This document shows, piece after piece, positions 40,503 to 53,148 of a stretch of 64,000 nucleotides of DNA. The stretch's first letter is position 1, and the number at the start of each line of letters is the position of its first letter. Source of the stretch: Octopus sinensis (taxonomy: Eukaryota); NCBI RefSeq assembly GCF_006345805.1, contig NC_043002.1:59830001-59894000 (forward strand), read 5' to 3'. The notes under the pieces were generated by a model. It saw nothing but the letters and a program-made list of their open reading frames with translations, made no database searches and was not told where the DNA came from. A program made the translations under genes and the position numbers.

Positions 40503-41167
40503 AAATTTTGAAACCACTCACATATACATACACACAAACACATATATGTGTGTAATTATCGGCATACATATCTGTATAGATAAGTGTGTATTGCACATAA
40601 TTTAAGAGAAAGAAGCCTTACGACTAAGGTATCGCATAGATACTCGTTGTAATAATGATTTTTGAAATTGCCACAAAGACATAACTTTGTTACGAAGACA
40701 TAATCGATTTCATCGAACCCAGCACACGACCGATATTTATTTCATTGAACCCGGAGTTATGAAACGTTAATTCAAGCGTAAAGTAATCCGCATTATGTCC
40801 TGACAGCGAAGAAACTAAATACCGCTAGGCTTTAACGTAAATTAAAATTACCCAACAGAGTTAGACACTTCACATAATGACATAATGATATAAATAATTA
40901 TTGTGCGCACCAATGAACGTATACTGTTAACCATATTCAGCCAGAAAAGAAATTAGGAGTCACTGTTTCCCTCCTCGTGTATTCAATTATTTGTTTGACC
41001 GCTTGCATGCTCTGATATCCCAGTATATAGTGAACATCAGCTATCACAGGAAATCTAATTTCTCTATGAATGATCACTAATGATATTTTTGTCGATGATT
41101 ATTTTATGAATAATATATACATACACACATATATGCATATATATATATATAATATATATATATATAT

Positions 41168-41216
<49 letters not shown>

Positions 41217-41239
41217 CATAAATATATGTATGCGTAGAT

Positions 41240-41271
<32 letters not shown>

Positions 41272-41272
41272 C

Positions 41273-41306
<34 letters not shown>

Positions 41307-41687
41307 GATATAAATAGATATATATTTATCAATAATCAATTTATATATTACTCTTTATCTGTAATTAGTAAGTTAATGATATCTGTATCAATGATTAAGC
41401 TGTTCACAAGATTTGGTCATCATATTAAATTATTTCTGTATATCAGCCAGATTCAACAAGCGTCATATTTCTTAGCAAGGTAAGGAACTGTATAAAAAGA
41501 CATAGACACAGAATCAGAGAGACGAAAGACAAAATGGAAGTGATATAAACACGTTTTTATCTACATAATTAAAGAATAGCACAATTTGTTTCAGATATAA
41601 GTAGTTAGAATATTTATCAGAGCAAAATGAACTCAAACCATGATTACTACTTCTATCGATAAGTATTCATTAGTCTTCTATACGTTT

Positions 41688-41820
41688 GTATGTATGTATG
41701 TATGTATGTATGTATGTATGTATGTATGTATGTATGTATGTATGTATGTATGCATGTATGTATGTATGTATGTATGTATGTATGTATGTATGTATGTATG
41801 TAGGCAAGTATGTATGTATG
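41688..41820. repeat. (TATG)n microsatellite
   Basis: Direct reading. Confidence 0.97.
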
Positions 41821-42224
41821 TGTCTATGTATATATATGTATGTATGTATTTATTTATGTGCGTGTATGTGTGCACACGCCCGTGTTTGTGTGGGGTAGAG
41901 AGAGCGAGAGTGCGAGAGACAGAGAGGCGTCACGTTGAATAGGTAGTCATACTTGTAAATGAAGGCAAAATTCGATGTTTTATCACTCTGCATAGTTTGT
42001 GTAACGGTAGAAGAGCCGGATTTTCCCCTACATTTAAGGAACAGAGAGCGTCAATTGATGCAAAGATATTTGTTTCAATTTGAAAAGAAAAAAATAAGGG
42101 ATAAGGAGAGACAAAACACCATTATTAAATGTATAAATCTATTGAATCTTATGAATTTGTAATGATATTCTTTGCAATAGCTTGTTAGTTTGAAAAAAAA
42201 ATATCCCAACAAAATAAAAAGAAA

Positions 42225-43465
42225 TTTATTGAAATTCTAAACATCCATTGCAACGTTTTAGCGCACATTTGCCACACATAGGTTTTTTGCAGACGCCATG
42301 CAATTTTGTGGTTCTGATTCGGCGTTTTGTTATCACTTTACGTCTAGCGGTAAATGGACGTTTGAAAGTACGGGAGCGACTGTGAGATGAATCGCCGCAA
42401 AATTCTTCGGTAACACTTTAGATGTATTTCCGTCGAATAATGGCTGAGTTGCAAACATTTGTGTATGTTTCCCAGGTGTTTATAACAGCAACATCAAAAA
42501 TATAAAAAACAAACGTGCATTGGTCATCGCCTACTGCCTGCTTTGACTGGATGAAACATGCCATTTGGCCAAGCACATCTACGCCTACATTATTTTTCTT
42601 ATAAAAATGTATGGTATCAGGTAGTGGCGGATTGGGTCTTAAAATATTGGTTGCCAGGAGACTAAGGGGGCCACTCGCAACTACAAGAGGCCCACTCGCA
42701 ACTACAATGCTATCATTTAATTTCTTTTAAGTATTCTTTTCATCTGTCTGCAAACACAGCCAGGCTGAAATAATCAATGGATTCTCCCAGGAGCAAATAA
42801 AAAATACTCAATCTTGAGGGGGATGGGCCCCTTAGATACTAACATACGCCCCCATATATGGTTACTAATGGCGCAGAGGCCCACTTGCCATCGGGCAAGC
42901 TGGCAACCTGGCCAGTCCGCCACATGTGTCAGGTTTTTTCTCAGGTTTACTTTCAGAAGGAACTTCTACAAGTTGATGTAAGATACTCAGAACAACAACA
43001 GACTTTATTTTTCTGCACTGGTACGACGTAAGTGCGACAGTAGGCTTCTCTGTGAATTTAAAAACCACAGTTTCGTGGGCTGAACTTGCCAGTTTTATTG
43101 CTTCTGAAAATTACCGGCTGTTCTGGCGAATTATTCTGACTAAGCTGTAGTTTTGTTTTACGAGCTATAAGGGCCATGCAATTATTGAATATCTAAAACG
43201 TTGTCACATATATTTATAAACAAAGCAGATACAAGTTTCAAAATTCGTCAGTGCGTCAATCGATGCGTGTGATAATAGATAATATGGGGCGTATTAATTT
43301 TTTTTTTACAGTTGCTGCAAACAATCTACGGTATATACTGTATATAGATATAAAATTATGAAAAGTCAAGTAATATGATGTCACAATCTACAATAGTTTT
43401 TGAATTGTGTGCAATTAAAATTTTAAAATGAGTCAATTGACACACTCAGTCCTTCCAGTGTTAAT
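42225..43465 (-). mobile_element. Decayed piggyBac transposon
   Basis: Minus strand: KSVVVLSILH..EKKPDT|IHFYKKNNVGVDVLGQM..RR*PM..DVAVINTW and C-terminal CKKPMCGKC..CNGC; candidate terminus TTAA-CACTGGAAGGACTGAG at ~43445-43465. Confidence 0.85.
42622..42925. mobile_element. hAT-like MITE nested in the piggyBac transposase
   Basis: TIRs TAGTGGCGGATTGG / CCAGTCCGCCACAT; 8-bp TSD GTATCAGG (42614-42621) / GTGTCAGG (42926-42933). Confidence 0.85.
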
Positions 43466-43874
43466 GCTTCTATGATATTTAGGGAAAGCTTCTCTGTATC
43501 CCTATAAGATAGAAAGGAGAGGCGAATGATATCACGATAAGAAAATTATTTGTAAGAACTTTTGGATTATTTTCTATCTTATATTAAATAATAGGAAGTT
43601 TTCACGAAACCTAATAGAAACATAAAACAACCACTGAACGGCGATGCAGTGTACTGTCTTTGTCATTGTACATTCACATCAGGATACACATTTTGCTTAA
43701 CTTTTCACCTGCATTACTTAAAGATTTTGAAATATTATATGGTTTAAGATTACAAAGTGTAAATGAAAATAATTTTCTATTCGCACACCCATAATCTGCT
43801 TGTATTTATAAACAAAGTAGATACAAGTTTCAAATATCAGGATTCTTCGAAGAGCACCAGAAACACCATAGGCA

Positions 43875-43915
<41 letters not shown>

Positions 43916-44472
43916 AACATATATATATATATACATATATACATACATATGTATATTTATATATATATATATATATATAAACAAACATATATATATATAT
44001 TATATATACATAAATATATACATACATACGTATATTGTATATATATATATGTATATATATATATACATATATATATATATAGATAGATAGAGAGAGAGAG
44101 ACAGAGAGGGAGAGATACTAATAATGCATAAACCACTGAATATTAATACGCAACAATATGCAGTTGGTGCGACCGAAGTTCATGTCACACTATTATTATG
44201 GATAAACTAAGTGGAAATTGACGTAAAGTTTGAGGGTTCAAATTCTTCATTTTCCGCATTCTCCTTATCAATATTGTACTTTCCATTCTAAGAAGCTAAG
44301 AAATAAACTGGAATTGGATGGAGGCTAAAGGAAGGTTACTAAAAAGCGCAGGAAGGTTACTAAAAATACACATACATATATATACATACATACGTACACA
44401 TATAAATATATATATATGAATCTACATGTATACATCTATGTACATGTCTATATACATGTATATATACATGTT

Positions 44473-44591
<119 letters not shown>

Positions 44592-44729
44592 CATACTCTT
44601 TGTAAGCTTAGTACTTATTCTATCGGTTTCTTTCACCGAATCGCCAACTTACGGTGACGCAAACACCCCAGCATCTGTTGTCAAGCGAAGTTAGGGGAAC
44701 CGATACAGAAATGCATACACACACATACA

Positions 44730-44760
<31 letters not shown>

Positions 44761-44786
44761 TTTACACATATATATATATATATATA

Positions 44787-45447
44787 ATAATTGATATAGG
44801 ATAAATTTTTTTTTTCGGGAAAAAAATTTTATCAATGGCCAGCATATCAAAAAATGCCTTTAAAGGTAAACTTTAATCTTAATTTACAAGATAAGGACAG
44901 AAGAAAAATTCTAATGCCAGATACGCCGAAACAAAAAAATTGTCGATAACCATTAAATGTATGCGTCTCGAAACAAACCGATAGAAATCTCTAAAAATTT
45001 CGTTATTACCGTATTGGTCCAATTTCGGGGTTAATTCACAAGAAATTGTCCCCTCTTCAGCGGCACATACGCGAGATATAAATGAAATACTTATTCATAC
45101 CCACGGAAGAAGCAAGCACCAAGTCCCGAGCAGACTTAAGTACCCCAAATATATCCAAATAGAAAAATCTTAGGTGCACCTCGAAACACGTGTGATTCAA
45201 ACTAGAAACTTTCACAGAGTGATAGAATCCGGAATAGAAACAGTAATCTATTTATAATTGATATAGGATAAAAATCTTTTCGGGAAAAAAATGTTATCAA
45301 TGGCCAGCATATCAAAAAATGCCTTTAAAGGTAAAATTTATACATAATTTACAAGATAAGGGCAGTAGATACCAGATACGCCGAAACCAAAAAAATGTCG
45401 ATAACCATTAAATTTATGCATTAGAATTTTTTTGTGCCCTTATCTTG

Positions 45448-45452
<5 letters not shown>
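44787..45452 (-). mobile_element. Non-coding Penelope-pLTR/retrozyme-like element: partial tandem (period ~467 bp) with terminal inversion
   Basis: 44787-44964 repeats at 45254-45419; 45417-45452 is an inverted copy of ~44882-44917; contains a hammerhead; (TA)n flanks. Confidence 0.8.
45007..45065 (-). ncRNA. Type I hammerhead ribozyme (minimal, intact core)
   Basis: Minus strand: UGCCG-CUGAAGA-GGGG..CCCC-GAAA-UUGGACCAA-UA-CGGUA; stem I 5 bp including one G-U, stem II 4 G-C pairs, near-palindromic stem III. Confidence 0.85.
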
Positions 45453-45518
<66 letters not shown>

Positions 45519-45529
45519 TATATTAATAA

Positions 45530-45568
<39 letters not shown>

Positions 45569-46908
45569 TAATATATATATTATATATATATATTATATAT
45601 ATATATATACATATGACGGGTTTCTGCCAGTTTCCGTCTAACCAAGTCCACTCACAAGCATTTCGTCAGCCCGAATCTAGAGTAGAGGACACTTGACGAA
45701 GTTGCCACGAAGTGGGTCTGAAACCAGAACTATGTGGTTGGGAATCAAGCTTCTTACAACACAGGCATAGTGTGTGTGTATGTGTCTGTGCCGCGCGCGC
45801 GTGTGTGTACGTGAGTGTTTGTGTGTTTGTGCGCGCGTATGTACGTTTATTTAAATGCATATATCTTATGTTAACTGAATGTCCGTTCTTTGTTTTATCA
45901 GTACTAATTTCTAAACTGTAACCATTTCTTTCTTTCGATGTTGTTACTTGAAGATATAAGCTGGTGAATTCTCAGAAAGACTATATTTTTTGACGCTGTT
46001 GACACCGCCAGATTGAATGGTATTGCCCTGGTGTCGAAACGATAGCGATATTCGTTTGGCAACTGATGATGGGAATGGACAGTTTTTATGCTAGATCGTG
46101 AATGTCTTATGTCTATGACTTGGTATTCTGAATTGTCCTTCGTTCTTGTGGAGTGGAAAGTGCTTAACGATTCATAGTTTGTGGGTGTCATTAATATTGG
46201 TGTTGGTTCTCTTTTCTTCATAATCTAATTAGGTTTAGATTTTTGCATCTGTCTTTGGGAGATATTGTGGAATATTCATACATACATAAACATATATGCA
46301 TACATTTATAACATATATAAATATATACATATCATTGTCTGTGTGTGCATACATCCATGCATATACAGAAACACAAACAGACATATGCGGCTCTATATGA
46401 AGCAGATGCAGAGGTTTCCAAGAATGAAATTGGCACCTTATTATCCAAGGTTCCACATGAATGTATATCAAGGCAGGAAACCCAGAGTAGGACAGCAGTG
46501 TTGGCATCCATCATTCATAAAAAACTAAATAACACAAGATTGACCATTGGAAAGGTAATTACTCTGACACGTAAAATAAGGCTGAAAAGTGAAATAGAAT
46601 GAAAGAATGAGAAACTGAATGTAGAAGCATTGGAAGAAAAAAGTGTACATTTATCAGGATACAAATGGCAGAGAATAAAGTCGACAGATGAAACCAACTA
46701 CGGAGGCGATGGCTGAGAGCATTTGTGATGTGGCTGGAAAGAGTAATTAAAGCAATTCAACACACACACACACACATAAACAAACTCACACAAGCATTTG
46801 TCTTTATATTCATATTTATTTTTACTATAAGTAGTTCTATGTCTAAGTGTAAGCCATGTACATTGAGGAAGGCGTATATATATATATATATATATACATA
46901 CATACGTA

Positions 46909-46951
<43 letters not shown>

Positions 46952-46995
46952 ATATATACATACATACACATATATATTATCTACATATATATGTG

Positions 46996-47043
<48 letters not shown>

Positions 47044-47179
47044 GTACGTATGATATAAATATATAAATATATGCATATATACAAACATATATGTACATAC
47101 ATATATATATATGTATATATACACACATATATATATACATTTATATATATTTGTATATATATATATATTTATATATTTG

Positions 47180-47224
<45 letters not shown>

Positions 47225-47612
47225 TATATATTTGTTTGTGTGTGGGCGGGTGTATGTTCACATACATATACATGCGTGTCTTCCTCAACATATAGACCTA
47301 CACCTACCGACAGACACATTAATAAAAATAGCAAGAAAAAATTTTACAAAAATCTGAAAGTTAATTAGAAAATAATTTAATGAAGCAGAGGTGAGAAAAA
47401 TATTCTATTTTAATCTAATTACTGGAAATAACTAGGTGAGGTGTTTGCTTTAATCTGCTACGTCATGAATGCAATGTCATTGACTCACGCATAATCCCTA
47501 CAACAAATATCAACCGTTTGTGTTCTATGATGATAACGGTGGTGGTGATTGCGGTGATAATCATAATAATAGATCGAGATAAATACATTCACACTGAGAC
47601 CCATAACTGTCC

Positions 47613-47718
<106 letters not shown>

Positions 47719-47818
47719 GCATGTACGTATGCACGTATGTATATATGTATGTATGTATGTATCTAATAAAGCCAGTTATCTTTCCATATATACCTATATA
47801 TACATATGTTTAAATACG

Positions 47819-47866
<48 letters not shown>

Positions 47867-47966
47867 TATATATATGGTTGTGTGTGTTTAAGTATATCTA
47901 ACCCTGTCTCTTTCTCTCTCTTTCTATATATATATGTGCGTGTGTGTATGTTGGTGTGCGTAGGTT

Positions 47967-48009
<43 letters not shown>

Positions 48010-48139
48010 ATTTGAAGGAATATTATTCCAAACTTACAGGTAAGAATTCAATTTAGAAATACTAAATCAAATTTCACAAAATATAATATATATATATATA
48101 AATTAGAAAAAAACCTTTCAAATGAAAAATTAAATTTCA

Positions 48140-48300
48140 CCATCTAGAAAATTACATATAATAGAAATATTTAAAATAAGATAAAGAATAATATACTGAT
48201 GATTAAATAATGTGCAAAATAATAAATAAAATGTATATATTTAGTATAATATTTTTCATCTTATATTTAATATTTCTATTATATGTAATTTTCTAGATGG
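48140..48300. repeat. Inverted repeat with 32-bp perfect outer arms
   Basis: CCATCTAGAAAATTACATATAATAGAAATATT (48140-48171) and its reverse complement (48269-48300). Confidence 0.88.
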
Positions 48301-48518
48301 GAGAGAGAGAGAGTAATAAGAAAAAAGTAAAACCTTTGTTGTAGTGCATCTAAGTAATACTCACAACGAGCAAATTTTTAAAAACATTCGAAGTGGATGG
48401 CAGACTTCAGTAAGTCAAGTTCCTTTATCACTGGAATACAAAATACATAAAAAATTTAGGGAGATGTTAGGATTCAAGCGCTCCAATATCACAATCCAAA
48501 GAAAAGCAGTATTACAGA

Positions 48519-48603
48519 ATTTTATGATCGTTTCGAGTGTAGCCTTTGTATCGGGCAAGTTTTCTAGCTGCTATAAATAGTTGCATTTTCTCTCATCAGA
48601 GGT
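48519..48603 (-). ncRNA. Degenerate hammerhead (inverted sibling)
   Basis: Minus strand: ACCU-CUGAUGA-GAG..CUC-GAAA-CGAUCA-UA-AAAU; core intact but stems I and III mismatched. Confidence 0.6.
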
Positions 48604-48774
48604 ACAGAAAAGAGTTGAAAAATTGAGAAAGCTTAAAATATCTCCTACTTACAGAACTTGAAATCATATCGAGTAATTTTTTTTAAATATATAACATTAC
48701 TCGATATGGCTTCTGTAAGGAGGTGTTATTTTAAGCTTTCTCAATTTTTCAACTATTTTAATCGATTTTTTTGT

Positions 48775-48858
48775 ACCTCTGATGAGAGAAATGCGAATTT
48801 TTGTATCGGCTTCAATACTCGCCAAATACAAATCCATTCCTCGAAACGATCGTAAGGT
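48775..48858 (+). ncRNA. Type I hammerhead ribozyme with extended stem II
   Basis: ACCU-CUGAUGA-GAG..CUC-GAAA-CGAUCG-UA-AGGU; palindromic ACGAUCGU stem III; GUA cleavage triplet ending at 48854. Confidence 0.85.
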
Positions 48859-50796
48859 TCTGTAAACTGCTTTTCTTTCGATTGTCATCCACTTGGAGCT
48901 TTATTATTTATATATATAAAAGAAGTAACAGGTAAAAACATATTCGTCATGATAAATCGCTAACCTCTAAACCTTTTTTCTGCTTTCTCTCCCTGTTTAT
49001 TTTCGCGTTCCTTTCTGGCCAGTTCTTACTTGTTACTTCTAATAAAAATAAAATATAACTCATAGTATTTTTCGCCCTTTAAATATTCAATTTTTAAATT
49101 ATTAAATAATAATTAGAAATTTGAAAATAGGTTATATAAATAATAGTAGTACATAATTAGTTAGTAGAATACACAGGATAATACAAAAATTAGTTATATA
49201 CTACAGTAAAATCTGCCTATAGCAACAAATTCACAGTAAAATTTGCTTGAGACATTGCCTAAGTTATTGCCAAATCTTCACATTTTTAGTCTTGACCCAA
49301 TGCCTATTATTTTACATTATGAATTTGCTTACCATGTACCATACTCTTCTGCTTTGTATAAAACTTTAGCTATATTGGTTCTTTTGGCTCTCATTCTTTA
49401 AGTATTCCAGTGTGTCCATATTTGAACGAAATTGTGGTATCTTGTATAATTACGATGTTACTTTGTAAATTAAAGTAATTTTTAATATTCAAATTTTGTC
49501 CTTGGTTGCAATATTTTAAGTAATAATTTTCTTCTTCTGTACTTTACCACATGTAATATGCTGTTCTGAACTTTCCCAAGTGTAATAAAATGTCCTGTAA
49601 TTTTCCAGGTTTATAATTTTAAGAATATTATGTCTCTTGTCCGCATTTTTCCATGTAATCGATGTTTTTTTCCAGGCTATGCTGTTATGCTAATTAATAA
49701 TGTGTCAAATGTGTCAATTAGCAGTGTCTTCGATAACTTTTTCCCGACTTCTATGACGCCAGTGACAGATATTGAAAGTCTACTTTTAGAACTACATAAC
49801 ATGTATGGGGCTAAATTTGAGAAACAAACACACAGAACTATTTTCTTTTAAAGTTTCATTGCATGAGATTGATAGCATGAAATCCCTCGAATTGAGCTCT
49901 ATCATTTAAGCTTAATTAAAATATGGTTTGTTTCTAAAATAAAAAAAAGTTAATTATACTTAAATCCAATATTTTTGCCTAATATTATTTTTCATGATAT
50001 TTTACATCACATCTTTTTTAATACAATTTCTTTTTGCATGGGAACAAAACTATGAAATACTTCATGCTTTCTTGTATCATTGAAACTAAGATAAATATAT
50101 TTTACGTTTTAAAATAAAAGTCATTTAGGTCTAAACTTCATTGGTGGCGTTACTTACTCTCCTATATCGTTCCTACAACTTTTGATGTAAACTTCTTTCT
50201 ACTGGATCAAATCCCAATTTTTGTCATACCAAAATATAACTAGGGACCAGTCCTCTTCAAAATTGTTAACAGTTTTCAATTTGGTTAAGAACCGAATTAG
50301 CTACAAGTCCGGAAAAGTGCTGCGTGTGAGTAAATTGCGGCCTTAAGAATATCACTCATCTACTGCCGTAGTTGAATGGTGTATCGATACATACATTTAC
50401 GCATACATTTAAATAGACGCGCATGTTTTTAACGAACTGAAATCCCAAACTAAAGTTAAAACATTTCCCCCTGTTGTGTTTGGGGAATGGTTATTAAACG
50501 AGAAAAAGAATCTAGCTATAAAAGCAAACGAGAAAAGAAAACCATTTGCCAAAGAGTGAAAGAAGGAAGTAAGTAAGCAATGGAGAAACACACGAAAATA
50601 TTGATACGAAAATTCATTTCTGAAATTTTGATTTAGGTCAGTGAAAAATTTATTTATTCGTATGTGAGAGTGTGTGGTGTGTGTGTGTGAGTACTTGTTG
50701 TGCATGTGTGTGCGTGTATGTCTATGTGATTTTACACATTATGATTACAAAGTTATAAATAACTAAGCGAGGGTGAGTATGATACATATATATATG

Positions 50797-50843
<47 letters not shown>

Positions 50844-50940
50844 CATAAGGTACGTATATATATATATACATATATGTATGTATATATATAAATATATAGA
50901 TAGATAGATATATACACATGTACATATATATATATGCATA

Positions 50941-50990
<50 letters not shown>

Positions 50991-51071
50991 TATATACATA
51001 TATATACATACGTCTATACACATATATAAATATATAAACATATATATTATATATATCATATTATTATATTA

Positions 51072-51102
<31 letters not shown>

Positions 51103-51754
51103 TATATATACATACATACACATGCTTTCATATAATTTTGTTATATACAAATCTATATATACATATATATACACATATTTTTGTAGACATGCATTCTTAT
51201 TATTATTTTCATCATGACCATTATCATTATTATTATTATTATTATTAGTATAGTAGTAGCATTAATGTTGCGACATTATTGGCCCGGGTGTTGTCTTCCT
51301 TTTTGGTTGTGGTGATGGTGGTGGTAGTGATGGTGGTGCTGCTTCTGTTGCTGGTATTGGTGTTGGTGTCGCAGGTGGTGGAAGTTATTGATGATAATGG
51401 CTATATATAATATATTGATCAATATCGTCATGCTGATGATGTTGTTGAAGATGGTGCATGATGACTGTAGTGTTTTATTTTTGTTCTTAAAGACCGCGTT
51501 TAAATGTTCTAATCCTCTATCGACAGGTTTGGAAGTTTGCACCTACATTAAGCTATACAAACATAATTTACATATTCACATACATAGAAACAGTCGCTAA
51601 ACGCTGGCCTTTTTCAGAAAATGATTGTTTATCTAACAGGGACTATTTATTTAACATTAACAAGCTATTTGTTTTACATGTATATTTTATAATTTTGTTT
51701 TATTGAACTAAATTATAACGGTTGCAAAATATGGCACGGGGAACAGTACGTTCG

Positions 51755-52160
51755 TGGGGTGGGTTTGTAATCTGACTACATTGGTTCCAGTAGTTAACTG
51801 GTACTTATTTTATCGATCCGGAAAGGATGAAAGGCAAATTCCACAGGTGTGGAATTTGAAGTCAGAAAGGGAAGATGGACGAAATGATGCTGACCATATT
51901 GTCCGGTGTAATATGATTCTGCCAGTCAGCTGCCTTTTTTGAACCAAGTGACAATCCTTTCTACTATAGGCTAAAGGCATCATATTTTGGGGGGAGGGAC
52001 CCAGTCGATTGCATCACTTCGGTGCGTAACTGGAATTTATGTTATCCATCCGGAAAGGATAAAAGGCAAACTGGACCTCAGCAGGTTTTGATCTCCGAAC
52101 GAGCAGACAGACAAAATGCCGCTGAGCATTTTGTCCAGCGTGCTAACAATTCTGCCATTT
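51755..52160 (-). mobile_element. Two tandem SINE family B copies
   Basis: ACTGGTACTTATTTTATCGATCCGGAAAGGATGAAAGGCAAA and a second similar block at ~52030-52070. Confidence 0.8.
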
Positions 52161-53071
52161 AGCCGAAAGTATGCTTAAAAGATGTTTGAACATGTATAGG
52201 CCTTCCATTGCAGTTTGTCGTGGAGAAAGAAAATTCTTGCTTAAGAGAAAAAGGTTTTGACAACTCATTATCAATGGAACGTGCCCTCGAAGACTGGGGG
52301 ATGCATTTTGAACTTGTAAATATTCCACTGCACCTTGTACAAAGAGGAACAACTCTAAGTTGACCAGAAAGCTTGGCTTGATCTACCATAAAATGTGAAC
52401 CAAAGTAATTTGTGCAACAGAAATAATATACACATAAGTCTAGAAGCTCCTTAGCGGTATTGTCTTTTTATAGCTAGAACTCTTGTCAAATTTTCTAACT
52501 TGAATACTTTATCATTGAATTAGAATGAGCGGTAACTATCTCTCACACAACTCGTTATTTATCGTAATTAATGAATCACATGACCTTCTCTCTCTCTCTC
52601 TCTTTCTCTATTGGATTACGCCTTTAGTATATTTGCTTTTGTTTAGTAGTGGTCACAGAAGTAACTATCCATTGGGTATTGCAAATGATGATGTGAACAT
52701 TTAAATTCAGTTTTGTTATGCTGTTTTCTGTGGCCATCAGGATTCTGTATCCGCGGAGAACCGAGCGGCCATACATCATAAGATGACATGTCATATCTGT
52801 TAAACTATTTATTGTAACGCGTTTGGTCCATTACGTTTCTTAGTCTGTAATGTAATCCATAGAGAGGTGTTTCAAACCTATTAAGTTAAATATTGTTTTT
52901 TTGGTTAATTTTGCTACCGTTTGTGCAAAGGTTTATTATTTTTTGATATTTTTACATCTAGGCGATATAGCGCATGGATATTTTGTGCGCGTGTATGCAT
53001 TTATAATACACACATATGTATATGCGTGTGAGACTCTATCGTCTATCTATCGGTTATCAATATATATATAT

Positions 53072-53145
<74 letters not shown>

Positions 53146-53148
<3 letters not shown>

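Larger units (their letters stand above)
44596..45770 (-). mobile_element. SINE family A split by an insertion in its internal microsatellite (3' part 44596-44760; 5' part 45612-45770)
   Basis: Both halves are colinear with intact family A copies. Confidence 0.75.
48478..48900. mobile_element. Pair of inverted Penelope-like pLTRs (48478-48658 minus; 48710-48900 plus)
   Basis: Arms are reverse complements by eye (AAAAATTGAGAAAGCTTAAAATA / TATTTTAAGCTTTCTCAATTTTT); each carries a hammerhead core. Confidence 0.82.

Noticed and set aside
46385-46740. Old RTE LINE 3' portion (YAALYEA.., RFHMN..)
   Set aside because: Resemblance too weak to call without an alignment.
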